Of a stretch of DNA of 64,000 nt, positions 52,690 to 63,500 are shown in pieces; position 1 is the first letter of the stretch; every line of letters starts with the position of its first letter. The translations under genes were made by a program, and so were the position numbers. This stretch comes from Eledone cirrhosa (taxonomy: Eukaryota), in assembly GCA_964016885.1 (NCBI GenBank), contig OZ024762.1, forward strand, positions 11,904,001-11,968,000, given 5' to 3'. The notes under the pieces were generated by a model that saw nothing but the letters and a program-made list of their open reading frames with translations, had not been told where the DNA came from and ran no database searches.

Positions 52690-53190
52690 TCCATATAATT
52701 ACATAATAAACAACACAATATAATTATTCCATCACCAAAGGTTTCAGGAAACTAAGCGATCCTTACAGAAACGTCCAGCTCGTTCATCAGATGAAATAGG
52801 GTCACAGAGATTGACAGGAGGGAAGAAGGGAGGAAGGTAGCCTTAAGCCAGAGACCTGGCTTGAATCATCATCATTGTTTAACATCCATCTTCCATGCTA
52901 GCATGGGTTGGACAGGTTTGTCCCACTTGAGGCAAGATTGGTTGGGTGACCGAGTCTCGCTCGTACAGGACTGTATCTGGCAGGTTTTCTACGGCTGGAC
53001 GCCCTTCCTAACACCGACCACATTGCAACAATGTAATGGACACTACTAAAAGTACTCAATAACCAGATGGTGGTGTTAAACCAGACCACAGATTAGTTCT
53101 ACTTGTGTCAATAAGTCACCTACTTTTTATACATACCTCAGAGGTCGTTCAATACGAGGTGGATGTTGTGCGCCATAAACAGGCTTGATA
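32112..53190 (-). CDS. TBC1D22: TBC1 domain family member 22 (Gyp1-like Rab GTPase-activating protein), multi-exon, 5'-incomplete, ~473 aa within the window
   Basis: The spliced translation contains family motifs VYGAQHPP, FENETSDAWD, LRKLSWSGIP, GYLPA, IHIDIPR, RHPASGYVQGINDLVTPF, EADSFWC, LLDGIQDNYTFAQPGIQ, FAFRWMNNLLMRE, RLWDTY and LQNLPT. All introns are GT-AG with matching phases. Confidence 0.96.
32349..32535 (-). mobile_element. SINE, full length, in the last TBC1D22 intron
   Basis: Near-identical to the copies at 34050-34226 and 47265-47450. Confidence 0.9.
32791..32886 (-). CDS. TBC1D22: TBC1D22 exon, AEINGFADFHLYLCAAFL...EKDFQ (96 nt, phase 0/0)
   Basis: atttccAG|...|GTGTGT. Confidence 0.95.
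33410..33670. repeat. 13-bp minisatellite (tattgtccagagg), ~20 copies
   Basis: Direct inspection; it ends ~15 nt from the donor at 33685. Confidence 0.9.
33686..33813 (-). CDS. TBC1D22: TBC1D22 exon, PLYKHLE...FAFRWMNNLLMRE...RLWDTYQ (128 nt, phase 1/0)
   Basis: gtctttcAG|...|GTAAGA. Confidence 0.96.
33857..34226 (-). mobile_element. Two tandem SINE copies
   Basis: Match to the family unit. Confidence 0.85.
34436..34618 (-). CDS. TBC1D22: TBC1D22 exon, VEVENCD...EADSFWC...LVKRID (183 nt, phase 1/1)
   Basis: ctgttcAG|...|GTAAGT. Confidence 0.96.
34665..35150. repeat. 48-51-bp minisatellite, ~10 copies
   Basis: gccatgataaaatacacccagtacactctgtaaagtggtagtgttggt. Confidence 0.9.
35437..35557 (-). 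CDS. TBC1D22: TBC1D22 glutamine-finger exon, IFERILYIWAIRHPASGYVQGINDLVTPFFVVYLSEYISN (121 nt, phase 0/1)
   Basis: tttgtttcAG|...|GTATGT; YxQ motif. Confidence 0.96.
35613..36195 (+). mobile_element. CR1/L2-group LINE 3' fragment
   Basis: LYTAMVRPHLEF...VWNPY...LETVQRRATK...TRGH...FFTLRVAEAWNKLP. Its tail gagttgtagtgcacctgagcact also occurs at ~9540, 32955, 47830-48360 and 59760. Confidence 0.9.
36770..36834 (+). ncRNA. Minimal type-I hammerhead ribozyme motif (Penelope-like), antisense to a TBC1D22 intron
   Basis: Stem I ATTTTAT/ATAAAAT (7/7); CTGATGA at 36777-36783; stem II GGACGTACTG/CAGTACCTCT (9/10 including a G-U pair); GAAA; stem III ATA-TG-TAT with an ATA triplet. Confidence 0.7.
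36893..37110. mobile_element. Fold-back element, same family as 21016-21290
   Basis: ~70-bp inverted arms (36893-36962 / 36999-37068) containing TTTACCGGTTTC / GAAACCGGTAAA; flanked by (TA)n. Confidence 0.65.
38805..39025. repeat. 44-bp minisatellite, 5 copies, inside a piggyBac-like MITE
   Basis: aaagcctttactgtgaaaatacaatagtatatatagagtaatgt. Confidence 0.9.
39700..39995. repeat. 84-bp minisatellite, ~3.5 copies
   Basis: gtctcagatcaagtcacttgccagacatgtac at 39705, 39789, 39873 and 39957. Confidence 0.9.
40236..40301 (-). CDS. TBC1D22: TBC1D22 arginine-finger exon, copy B: ILKDIPRMTSVAHLFQQNAVQE (66 nt, phase 0/0), putative mutually exclusive alternative
   Basis: ccctgttcttgcAG|...|GTGAGT; same length and phase as copy A; I..DIPRM, LFQ and VQE are retained; no stops. 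Confidence 0.85.
40620..40985. repeat. 95-bp unit, 4 copies
   Basis: ggaccaagg at 40624, 40719, 40814 and 40909. Confidence 0.9.
42467..42580. repeat. Hairpin element containing CTGATGA...GAAAC; a half copy lies at 3552-3610
   Basis: aatatagaaatggtttctacaggactagaactg / cagttccagtcgtgtagaagccatttctatatt. Confidence 0.7.
42741..42929. mobile_element. hAT-like MITE
   Basis: TIRs CAGGGTTTCACAAAC / CTTTGGGAATCACTG; 8-bp flanks acatacat / acctacat (7/8). Confidence 0.7.
43319..43384 (-). CDS. TBC1D22: TBC1D22 arginine-finger exon, copy A: IHIDIPRMNPLVPLFQLKVVQE (66 nt, phase 0/0)
   Basis: gatttcAG|...|GTAAGT; canonical IHIDIPR motif. Confidence 0.95.
45049..45706. mobile_element. Longer member of the 8594-8774 MITE family
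   Basis: CTCTCGGGTCCCAAATAAT ... ATTATTTGAGACCCGACAG|TA. Confidence 0.6.
46070..46300. repeat. 94-bp tandem, ~2.5 copies
   Basis: actgtgtttggcaggttatc at 46071, 46165 and 46259. Confidence 0.85.
47006..47134 (-). CDS. TBC1D22: TBC1D22 exon, GYLPASYDRR...HQDTFRQ (129 nt, phase 0/0)
   Basis: cttattccAG|...|GTCAGT; 43 codons matching the family sequence. Confidence 0.95.
47265..47450 (-). mobile_element. SINE, full length (other copies at ~46625-46805, 50547-50728, 53775-53975, 54501-54678, 43695-43972, 5840-5995, 9435-9535)
   Basis: Match to the family unit. Confidence 0.85.
47990..48360 (-). mobile_element. CR1/L2-group LINE 3' fragment, same family as 35613-36195
   Basis: Reverse-complement similarity to 35865-36180. 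Confidence 0.8.
48453..48523 (-). CDS. TBC1D22: TBC1D22 exon, ELRKLSWSGIPKSVRPTAWKILS (71 nt, phase 1/0)
   Basis: gatcttcAG|...|GTAAGT; first TBC motif GIP..R...W. Confidence 0.95.
49075..50225. mobile_element. Same piggyBac-like MITE with an internal 72-bp unit expanded ~14 times
   Basis: TTAA|CCCATTAG ... CTAAAGGG|TTAA ends; tandem array at ~49215-50220. Confidence 0.85.
50313..50504 (-). CDS. TBC1D22: TBC1D22 exon, CHMTAVP...RESAKLEKFQTLLTTSNADL (192 nt, phase 1/1)
   Basis: ttgcAG|...|GTAAGG; the KLEKF..LL segment precedes the TBC domain. Confidence 0.9.
51237..51481 (-). CDS. TBC1D22: TBC1D22 exon, NPGTPKK...FENETSDAWDDGDDD...KSSS (245 nt, phase 2/1)
   Basis: ctgttacAG|...|GTTAGT; conserved SDAWD acidic motif. 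Confidence 0.92.
51602..52095 (-). mobile_element. Non-autonomous Helitron
   Basis: Minus strand starts A|TCTAAACTATAATAAAG and ends with the hairpin aaaaccacccgaagggtggtttt, then CTAG|T. It sits in an A|T target with no TSD. Confidence 0.75.
52725..52798 (-). ncRNA. Degenerate hammerhead motif (GAAACCTTTGGTN family)
   Basis: Minus strand reads TATTTCAT-CTGATGA...GAAACCTTTGGTG-ATGGAATA. Stem I is intact, stem II is poor, and the GTG triplet is non-cleavable. Confidence 0.5.
53137..53190 (-). CDS. TBC1D22: TBC1D22 exon, IKPVYGAQHPPRIERPL (54 nt, phase 2/2)
   Basis: ctattgtttAG|...|GTATGT; conserved N-terminal VYGAQHPP motif; not present in the ORF track. Confidence 0.92.
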
Positions 53191-53309
53191 CTAAACAATA
53201 GAAGAAAAAGAAGGAAAAAAAATCAATATTTCAGTATTTATCAAAAACAGAGAAAAGTCTATTTTTCAAAATAAATATTTTCAAACTATACCAGGGTCTA
53301 CCTAACAAT

Positions 53310-53642
53310 TATTTTTTCCAGCCTGTGGCATATTCATGATGTTTGGTGGAGTTGGGCCGTTGACAGCGAAGTTCTTGTCATTGCTGGTGGCTCGCCTTAT
53401 TGAGGTGTCAACTGATGTTTGTTGGGTGCTTGGTTGTTTCAATGCCTTAGCCTCGCCATCACCTCACCTTACTGAGGTGTCAGCTGATGTTTGTAGGGTG
53501 CTTGGTTGTTTCAGCGTCTTAGCCTCGCCATCACCTCACCTTACTGAGGTGTCAGCTGATGCGCGTGAGGGTACCTGGTTGTTTCAGCGCCTTAGCCTCG
53601 CCATCACCCCTGGTAATGCTGTGAGTGTATTGGCTTGCCTCG
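53310..53642 (+). mobile_element. CRE-like LINE C-terminal fragment with an internal ~72-bp triplication
   Basis: FGGVGPLTAKFL...EGTWLFQRLSLAITPGNAVSVL. Confidence 0.65.
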
Positions 53643-55827
53643 ACATATTCCTAAATCTAATTAATTATTAGGCATTGATATATAAACAGAAAAGATGAAT
53701 CGTGGAGAGGGAGTGCATGATAAGGTCACAGGCTGTGACAAAGAACTTTGCCAATTATCTAATTGGTTAATAATGATTTCTACTATAGACACAAGGCCAG
53801 CAATTTGGGGGAGGGGAAAGTCAATTAAATTGACCCCAGTGAATTACTGGTGGTTTATTTTATCAACCCCGTAAGGATGAAAAGCAAAGCTAACTTTGGC
53901 AGGATTTGAACTCAGATCGTAAAGGGCCGTAACTCTATGCTGCAAAGCATGGTGTCCAACGCTCTACTGATACTAATCGGTTGATAATAATGTCAAAGTG
54001 AAAAACAAGCACGTGTGTTTTTAGTGCAAATAAGACCCTACCAAAGTACAATAATCTAAGAAATTTATGAAAAAAAATAATATCTTTTTATTATTCCATG
54101 ACACGAAACCACTTGAAACTGCCTCTGGTTCTACAATTTAAAGTGTATATATTTATCTAACAACTTCCATTGAAATTTTATGTAAGAACCTTTAAGTTAA
54201 GTTATGCTCCAAACACCAGCTTAATAATGAGAAAATGGCAGGCTTTCTTGTTGGAAATAAACACAGGCCCATTCTTTCCATGTCTGTGTTTCAGGTTATT
54301 TTTTTTTTAGAAATTCTTTTACATGACAAAAACAACACCACCACCCACCCACTCCGTTAGATGGTCATGCTCGGAACACAAAAAAATAACACCCAACACC
54401 CAATATTTTTTAGAATGCACAACCTTTCCCAAAAATAAAATGATCTACAGACACAATTCAATTGTATGTAAACACCCAAAAATGTTTACATAATTTAAAT
54501 AATTGTTTCTACTTTTGGCACAAGGCCAGCAATTACCCAGTGCATTACTGGTACTTTATTTTACTGACCCCCGTAAAGATGAAAGGCAAAGTTAACCTCG
54601 GCGAGATTTGAACTCAGATCATAAAGGACCATAACTCTATGCTGCAAAGCATGGCGTCCGACCCTCTACCAATACTGCAATGCATATAAAACAGAATTTA
54701 TTTTAATGCATTTTTTAAAGATTATTTTGTGCATACATTTTTGGGGAACACCCTGTGTGCGTGTGTGTATGTATATATATATGTAAGTATGTATATATAT
54801 GTATGTATATATATATGTGTATGCAAAAGGCAAACAGAGATAAAGCAAACAACACAGTACACATCTGAAGATCAAAACAAGACAAACACAGGGAGACAAT
54901 AACAGTCTTATTAGTTTCACGCTTGTTAAAAAAGTAAAAAAGTAAACGGGATGTTGTAACATATCGGATGTTAGTACTTCATTAGTAAAGAGTAAAGTTA
55001 GGAGAAAGAGGTGATTGGAAGGTTGTGTGTGTGTGTGTATGTATGTATATATTTACAAGAAGAGGGTAATGTCTCTGCCCACTTTTAGTGTTAGTGATTC
55101 TCTCTCACTCTCTCTCTCTCTCTTTCTCTAAACAAATTATGTTCCTTTTTTCTCTCTATGTATATATCTCATTTGGCACTCCCCCCTCTCTTTATATAGA
55201 TGAGGGTGGTGTCATAACTTTCTATCCACCTCTATCTATCACCTCAAAAACACACACCGTTCCCTTTTCTCTCTCTCTATATATATCTACATATCTCTCA
55301 CTTGGTGCCCCCCCCCCTCTATCTCTCTTTATAGATGAGGGCGACGTCATCTCCCTCTTTCTGGCACTCTCTCATTTCGAAAACCCAGATACACAATGCA
55401 CACACACACAACATAACATACATACATCCAACACACACACACAACACACACATCACATCACATGGCATATATCACACATCCATTACATCCAACACAACAA
55501 AGCACACACATCCAATTCATACACACACCCAACAAAACACATACACCCAACACAACAAAACACACACACACCCAACAAAAAACACATACATCCAACACAA
55601 CAAAACACACACATCCAATTCATACACACACATACACCCAACACAACACACCAGCTGTCAGGTTCATCAATTTTTCATATCCCCTGAGTTTTCACCGTTC
55701 CAAGTGTGACAATTCCACACCACCGAATAAAGATTTTCTACATAAAATAATTCTTGGAAAAAGATTAAAAAAGAAAAACACTGGATAAATGTAATTGGAA
55801 AACTGTATTTCCAACAGATTATCAGAG

Positions 55828-55950
55828 AGTGAAGGTATGTGTGTGGTCTAGTGGTTAGGGTGTTAGACTCATGATTATAAGGTTGTGGGTTTGATTCCGG
55901 GACCAGGAGGCACATTGTGTTCTGTTCTTGAGTAAAACACTTTATTTCAT
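55828..55950 (+). mobile_element. Second tRNA-derived SINE family, head region (reverse copy at 36315-36432)
   Basis: A-box tggtctagtgg, B-box-like ggtttgattcc, followed by ttcttgagtaaaacactttatttca. Confidence 0.7.
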
Positions 55951-56434
55951 GATGTTTTTCATGACAACACTGTGGCCTCTATCATTAAAACACCCAAGAA
56001 ACTTCCTATGGGATACAACCTCGTAAGAGGCCAGCTAAACCTACATAGGTGAGCTGTAACAACCCAAGAAAGCTCCAACACGATGAAACCTCATAGGAGG
56101 TCAGCTAAACCTATATAGGTGTGAACTATAATTCCATTTTCATAACTCTTCAGTTGTGTCAAGAACATGACAAGCCCCCTAGTGCCGATTGCTCTGATAA
56201 AATGCACCAAGTCCACTCTGTAAAGTGATTGGTGATAGGAAGGGCACTGAGCTGTAGAACTGGGAGTCCCTGTTATTAAAATACATGGCAGAAGACCAAT
56301 GAGAGATAACTATGTAAAGTGGTCGGTGATAGGATGGGTATCTAGCTGGAGGTAAACTATGAGAGGTAACTATGTAATATCTAGCTGGTATGTTACTAGT
56401 ATATTATTTACCTCCTACCAACCTCTACTCCAAA

Positions 56435-56735
56435 GATATTACTGGTATGTATTTTACCTCCTACCAATTTCTGTACCAAAGATATTACTGGTACAAGGTT
56501 GACCTCCCACCACCCCATCTGTCCCACAGATATTACTGGTACAAGGTTGACCTCCCACCACCCTATGTGTACCACAGATATTACTGGTACAAGGTTGACC
56601 TCCCACCACCCTATGTGTACCACAGATATTACTGGTACAAGGTTGACCTCCCACCACTCCATGTGTACCACAGAGATTACTGGTACAAGGTTGACCTCCC
56701 ACCACTCCATGTGTACCACAGAGATTACCGGTACC
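56435..56735. repeat. 48-bp minisatellite, ~6 copies
   Basis: gatattactggtacaaggttgacctcccaccac... Confidence 0.9.
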
Positions 56736-57566
56736 TATCAGTTCAGTTTGAGATGCCCAGCTCCAGTCCAGACAAAAGTAAATAAAGCAACATTTTGATC
56801 AAAATAACTCCTTTTATTTTAAACAATTTCATTAAAACTTGCAGCAGATAACATGTAACGGGGTGGTGGTGAGGAGGGTGTGGGTAGTGTGTGTGGGGTG
56901 GGGGGTTATGACGTGGGGTGGGGACTGGAGAGAAAATTACCAAACACGGCACTGGCTTTCAAAGAGTTAATGGTTCTCATTATAAATTCATTGCTATTTT
57001 TAAATCACAAAGAATTTAGAGTTATATTATATGAAATGTTGAGCAGCTACACCTCATCATACTACTGACACCCTCCCACACACTAGCATCATCATCACCA
57101 TCATCATCATCAGCACTATTATCATCACCATCATCACCACCATTATTATCATCATCACCACCACCACCATCATCATCACCATCACCACCATCACCAAACA
57201 CCACCACCATCACCAAACACCACCACCATCATCACCATCACCACTATCACCACCATCACCACCATCACCACCACCATCACCACCATCACCACCACCATCA
57301 CCACCATCACCACCATCACCACCACCATCAACACCACCACCATCAACACCACCACCATCACCACTACCATCATCACTACCATGACCACCACCACCATCAC
57401 CAAACACCACCACCACCACCACCATCATATTTACATCTGCCATTTTACACTTCTACATGGATTATAAAACACAGATTAAGCAATAAACACCAGACACTTA
57501 ATGTAGCATTGTCATGTAGGAATTGTTCTACTGGAACATGGTAAGATACTGTATATACCACTGAGT

Positions 57567-58363
57567 GGTATGGTATGGTGTGGTGTGGTGTGGTGTGGTG
57601 TGGTGTGGTGTGGTGTGGTGTGGTGTGGTGTGGTGTGGTGTGGTATGGCATGGTATGGTGTGGTGTGGTGTGGCATGGTATGGTATAGTATGGTGTGGTA
57701 TGGTGTGGTATGGTGTAGTGTGGTGTGGTGTGGTGTGGTGCGATGTGGTGTGGTGTGGTGTGGTGTGGTGTGGTGTGGTGTGGTGTGGTGTGATGTGATG
57801 TGGTGTGGTGTGGTGTGGCATGGTATGGTATGGTGTGGTATGGTGTGGTGTGGTGTGGTGCGATGTGGTGTGGTGTGGTGTGGTGTGGTGTGGTGTGGTG
57901 TGGTGTGGTGTGATGTGGTGTGGTATGGCATGGTATGGTGTGGTGTGGTGTGGTATGGCATGGTATGGTGTGGTGTGGTGTGGCATGGTATGGTATGGTG
58001 TGGTATGGTGTGGTATGGTGTAGTGTGGTGTGGTGTGGTGTGGTGTGGTGTGGTGCGATGTGGTGTGGTGTGGTGTGGTGTGGTGTGGTGTGGTGTGGTG
58101 TGGTGTGGTGTGATGTGGTGTGGTATGGCATGGTATGGTGTGGTGTGGTGTGGTATGGCATGGTGTGGTGTGGTGTGGCATGGTATGGTATGGTATGGTG
58201 TGGTATGGTGTGGTATGGTGTAGTGTGGTGTGGTGTGGTGTGGTGTGGTGCGATGTGGTGTGGTGTGGTGTGGTGTGGTGTGGTGTGATGTGGTGTGGTG
58301 TGGTATGGTATGGTGTGGTGTGGTGTGAGGTGGTGTGGTATGGTATGGTATGGTATGGTATGG
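57567..58363. repeat. (TGGTG)n / (TGGTA)n pentanucleotide satellite
   Basis: Direct inspection. Confidence 0.95.
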
Positions 58364-58424
58364 CCAATCAAAGGTATTTACCAATTTTTCAATTTACAGG
58401 GAAGTACGTATATTTGGCATGTTT

Positions 58425-58962
58425 ATAGTTCAAGTATCTTGGAGCCGTGTTCACAAGTGATGGAAGGCAGGAGGCTGAATTAAATGCAAGAATTGCAGGA
58501 GCTGGTGCAGTAATGTGCCAGCTTCGGCATTCAATAATCAGAAGAAATGGGGTAGGTGTAAAAGCCAAACTTGCTTCCTTCAATTCAGTATTCATGCCAA
58601 CCCTTACGTATGGTCATGAATCTTGGGTGATGAGTGAAAGAATATGATCGCGAATACAAGCGGCTCAAATAGGGTTTCTCAGAAGGGACTTTGGAGTAAC
58701 ATTACTCAATAAAGTATGTAGCTCGGAGATCAGAGAGTCACTCCAGGTAGAGCCACTACTTCTACGAATTGAGAGATCACAGCTCCGATACTATGGACAT
58801 GTGGTTAGAATGTCTCAGGAAAGAAGCGCTGGGCAGATTTGTAGCTCGGAGATCAGAGAGTCACTCCAGGTAGAGCCACTACTTCTACGAATTGAGAGAT
58901 CACAGTTCCGATACTATGGACATGTGGTTAAAATGTCTCAGGAAAGAAGCGCTGGGCAGATT
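58425..58962 (+). mobile_element. RTE-type LINE reverse-transcriptase C-terminal fragment, with a stop and a 123-bp duplication
   Basis: FKYLG.VFTSDG...PTLTYGHESW...IERSQLRYYGHVVRM; related pieces at 9320-9428 and 43975-44130. Confidence 0.85.
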
Positions 58963-60024
58963 TTATTCCAGAACGGATCCTATCCAACCATCTTGCTCAT
59001 GGTCAACCCCGACCTCCAGGTCTCCTGCCAGTTGGCTCTGGCAACAAAATCTACCCAACAACACACACACACACACTTCTTCACCTTATTCCAGAGAGGG
59101 TCCTATCCAACCATCTTGCTCGCGGTCTACCCCGACCTCTGGGTCTCCAACTGGTGGGCTTTGCCCACAATATGTCCTGTGATACACCCACACTTCTTCA
59201 CCCCACTTATTCTAGAGAGGGTTCTATCAGAAACAACCGTCTCCAAATAACCCAGCTGGAACCCCAAGTGGGACCAACAAAGCTCAAAGATGTTATCCAA
59301 CCATCTTACTCGTGGTCTACCTCAGGGTCTCCTGCCGGTTGGCTCTGGCCACAAAATCTACCCAACTATTCAATAATAAAAAATATACTTAGCACAAAAT
59401 CAGTTTTACATTTGAACAAACATTGAATGAAAAATATTTTGGGTAGGTGGGTAAATGAAAGGGGAGGGGGTAGGAAAGGAGATAAAAAGTCAAAAGGGGG
59501 GGAAATAGGGAGGGGACAAACTCCACCCATGGTAGGGACAGTGTATTCTAGCTGCAGCACCCTACGGTGGATAAAATGCCAAAATGACATATATACACAA
59601 CAGCTAGATACACACGCATGCATGCATTTACTCACACATGCATACATACACACACACATACAAACATACACATGCACATACAAGAATGCATGCATACACA
59701 GACATATACCATGCATGCACACACATATACATTATTCTATGTACTATACATGCACCTTTGATGAGTTGTAGTGCACCTGAGCACTGTACACAATAATTTC
59801 ATTATTATTATTATATTATTATATATACACACACACAAACATAACTATATCTTAACAGTTGTGTATGTGTGTGTGGGGGGGGGGGGTCCTATTACATGCT
59901 GTATCAACCCTTCCACCTCCCAGGGGCTCCATCTCCTCATATTTGGACAGTACATCTCAGCTGTGCCACACGATCAAGATGACAATAGCATTGCCTCAGC
60001 AAACAGCAACCATTGAGGGCCGAG

Positions 60025-60960
60025 GTCTGAGTGAGGGCAGTGGTGGTCTGAGTGAGGACTGAGGAAGACAGTGGTGGTCTGAGTGAGGACTGAGGAAGAC
60101 AATGGTGGATTGAGTAAGGACTGAGGAAGACAGTGGTGATCTGAGTGGGGACTGAGGAAGACAGTGGTAGTTTGAGTGGGGACTGAGGAAGACAGTGGTA
60201 GTTTGAGTGGGGACTGAGGAAGACAGTGGTGGTCTGAGTGAGGACTGAGGAAGACAATGGTGGATTGAGTAAGGACTGAGGTGGTTTGAGTGGGGACTGA
60301 GGAAGACAGTGGTGGTCTGAGTGGGGACTGAGGAAGACAGTGGTAGTTTGAGTGGGGACTGAGGAAGACAGTGGTGGTCTGAGTGAGGACTGAGGAAGAC
60401 AATGGTAGATTGAGTAAGGACTGAGGTGGTTTGAGTGGGGACTGAGGAAGACAGTGGTGGTCTGAGTAAGGACTGAGGAAGACAGTGGTGGTCTGAGTGG
60501 GGACTGAGGAAGACAGTGGTGGTCTGAGTGGGGACTGAGGAAGACAGTGGTGGTTTGAGTGGGGACTGAGGAAATCAGTGGTGGTCTGAGTGAGGACTGA
60601 GGAAGACAATGGTGGATTGAGTAAGGACTGAGGTGGTTTGAGTGGGGACTGAGGAAGACAGTGGTGGTCTGAGTGGGCACTGAGGAAGACAATGGTGGAT
60701 TGAGTAAGGACTGAGGTGGTTTGAGTGGGGACTGAGGAAGACAGTGGTGGTCTGAGTGGGCACTGAGGAAGACAGTGGTGGTCTGAGTGGGCACTGAGGA
60801 AGACAGTGGTGGTCTGAGTGGGGACTGAGGAAGACAGTGGTGGTCTGAGTGGGCACTGAGGAAGACAGTGGTGGTCTGAGTGGGGACTGAGGAAGACAGT
60901 GGTGGTCTGAGTGGGCACTGAGGAAGACAGTGGTGGTCTGAGTGGGGACTGAGGAAGACA
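60025..60960. repeat. 31-bp minisatellite, ~30 copies
   Basis: gactgaggaagacagtggtggtctgagtggg. Confidence 0.95.
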
Positions 60961-61823
60961 AAACAGGGGTGGTTTGATTGAAGAACAAAGACACCTGTGG
61001 TCTCAATGAGGACTAGGGATGACAAAGTAAGGTCCTAGATGGGGACAAACAAAGAAGGAAATGGTCAGTCAGTCCCTGGTAGCTGAACAGACCCAAACTT
61101 GGTTTTTCTTTTTTCTTTATTTCTGTTAAAGTAGGTAGGTAGGTAGGTAGTGAATCTTACCGTGTCCGAGTTGCTTCCATCAGTCAGTGAGGCAGCAAAG
61201 CAAGCAATGCTAGAAAATTCAGTCATCCGATACAGCAGTGTCCAGCAGAATGGTACTGTTTAATCTGAGGAGAATTGTAGGAAAGTCACTGCAACAAGTA
61301 TGGTAGAGAGACAGAGACACAGAGAGACAGAGACACAGAGAGAGAGAGACTGAGAGAGCGAGAGAGAGAGAGAGCGAGAGAGATACGTAGTCACACAGAG
61401 AGCCACAGGTATGGTAGAGAGAGAGGGAGAGAGAGATACATCGTCACACACAGAGCCACAGGTATGGTAGAGAGAGAGAGAGAGTCACATATAACCACAG
61501 GTATGGTGTAGAGAGAGAGAGACGACAATAGATCATGGAAGGTGACCATGCCTTGCTCATACAGAAATGATTTTGGCTTGGTTTCTCCAAATGGATGTCC
61601 TTCCTAACACCAACCACATTTGCAGCGAGTACTGTATACATATATAGACACACATATATATATATACATATACACACACATATATATATAGACACACACA
61701 CACATATATATATATATAGACACACACACACATATATATATAGACAAACACACACATATATATATATAGACAAACACACACATATATATACTCATATATA
61801 TGTACATACACACAAACACATAC

Positions 61824-61854
<31 letters not shown>

Positions 61855-62655
61855 TACACACATATATATATATATACACACACATATATACACACATATA
61901 TATATACACACACATATATATACACATATATATATACACACACATATATATATACACATATATATATACACACGCATATATATATACACATATATATATA
62001 CACACATATATAGACACATATACAAACACAGATATATATACACATATACACACACATATATAGACACATATATACAAACACACATATATATACACACACA
62101 TATATATATAGACATATATATACACACACACATATAGACACACACACATACATATAGACAAACACACATATATATACACACACCCGCACACACATATACA
62201 TGCACACACACACATACATACATACACATATACACATACACACACATATATATATATACATGCACACACACATATATATATACACATATATACACACATA
62301 CACATATATACACACATACACATATACACACACATATATATATATATACATACATACACACAGCATGTCTTGATCAGTCTAAACCTGGCAGGGCCCATAT
62401 CTCTCCAATACAGAACAACACTTTAACCACAAGACCACTAGACAATACACTTTCATTAAGATACATTTGGCTATTATTTCTAGCCTATCTAGTTGCCTGT
62501 ATGTGGCTCCTCTAGTATTTATTTGATTATTTGGAGAACAAGGTAAACAGAAGATAATGGCTGCAGCCATGTTAACGTTATACTTCGTTGTCAACCAACA
62601 ACATAATTAGTTAACAACTTTCATCAATAATTACTTAGTTGCACTAATGTCACCA

Positions 62656-62747
<92 letters not shown>

Positions 62748-62757
62748 CGTGTGTATA

Positions 62758-62850
62758 CAAGGTGTCACAAAAAAATGTATACACACTTCAACAACCTAAT
62801 AAATATTGCCTGTACAGTTAAAGTGTGTATACATTTTGGGGAACACCTTG
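62758..62850. mobile_element. Short Tc1/mariner-like MITE
   Basis: TA|CAAGGTGT...aaaatgtatacacactt / aagtgtgtatacatttt...ACACCTTG|TA; a half copy lies at ~54728-54755. Confidence 0.7.
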
Positions 62851-63119
62851 TATGTATGTATATATATATATATATATATACATACATACAAGGTGTATGG
62901 TGTCAGGTCACCAGTTGGTGCTACTGGTAACATGTATCCCAGTACAACCTGTCTCATGGTCGGGTCGTTGGCGACTAAACTGGCAACCCCACCAAGGTTT
63001 CTTGGTGAGGAGGGTGACTTTGGACATCCTGCAGGACTAAAAACAAAACCTGTCAAAGGGCAAGGGAGCTCTTAAGAGTCAATAGCCATCCAAAATCACC
63101 GGGAGAGATGACCCCTTAG

Positions 63120-63500
63120 CCTTTGTCAAGGCAGAATTCTAGGAGAAGGAAAACTCTGATATAACACCTGCAATCCTGATGGTATCCAATGATGTTGACC
63201 TGTTCTTCTTTTTGGTAAATATCATCTTGGTTAAGAGAGTGGGACTGGCTTTGTGCAGTGCCTTTGCTCACTATAAAAGCTTCACAGCACAGGCATTGCT
63301 TTATATCTGGAGATCTCTCTGCACTTGTCATCACATGGTACCATGGGCCCTGCACTATGTGTCAATAATGGTCACAAGTGTAGTCTTTGTGCCAGAGTTT
63401 TCAAGTCGCTGGCTGGACTAAAGTCACATTCGTTCAGCGCATCGGTAGGGGTTCTCCTACATGGATATAAAGTAGTGGCCGTACTCGAAAACGAGTTGGC
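63120..63500 (+). mobile_element. RTE-type LINE 3' end with terminal C2H2-like motif
   Basis: CSLCARVFKSLAGLKSH in a degraded frame. Confidence 0.55.

Noticed and set aside
57445-58428. His/Thr/Pro-rich ORFs and a possible telomeric array
   Set aside because: (TGGTG)n satellite, not TTAGGG or TTAGG
59937-61025. 362-aa mucin-like ORF
   Set aside because: It is a 31-bp minisatellite cycling through reading frames, with no splice or coding signal
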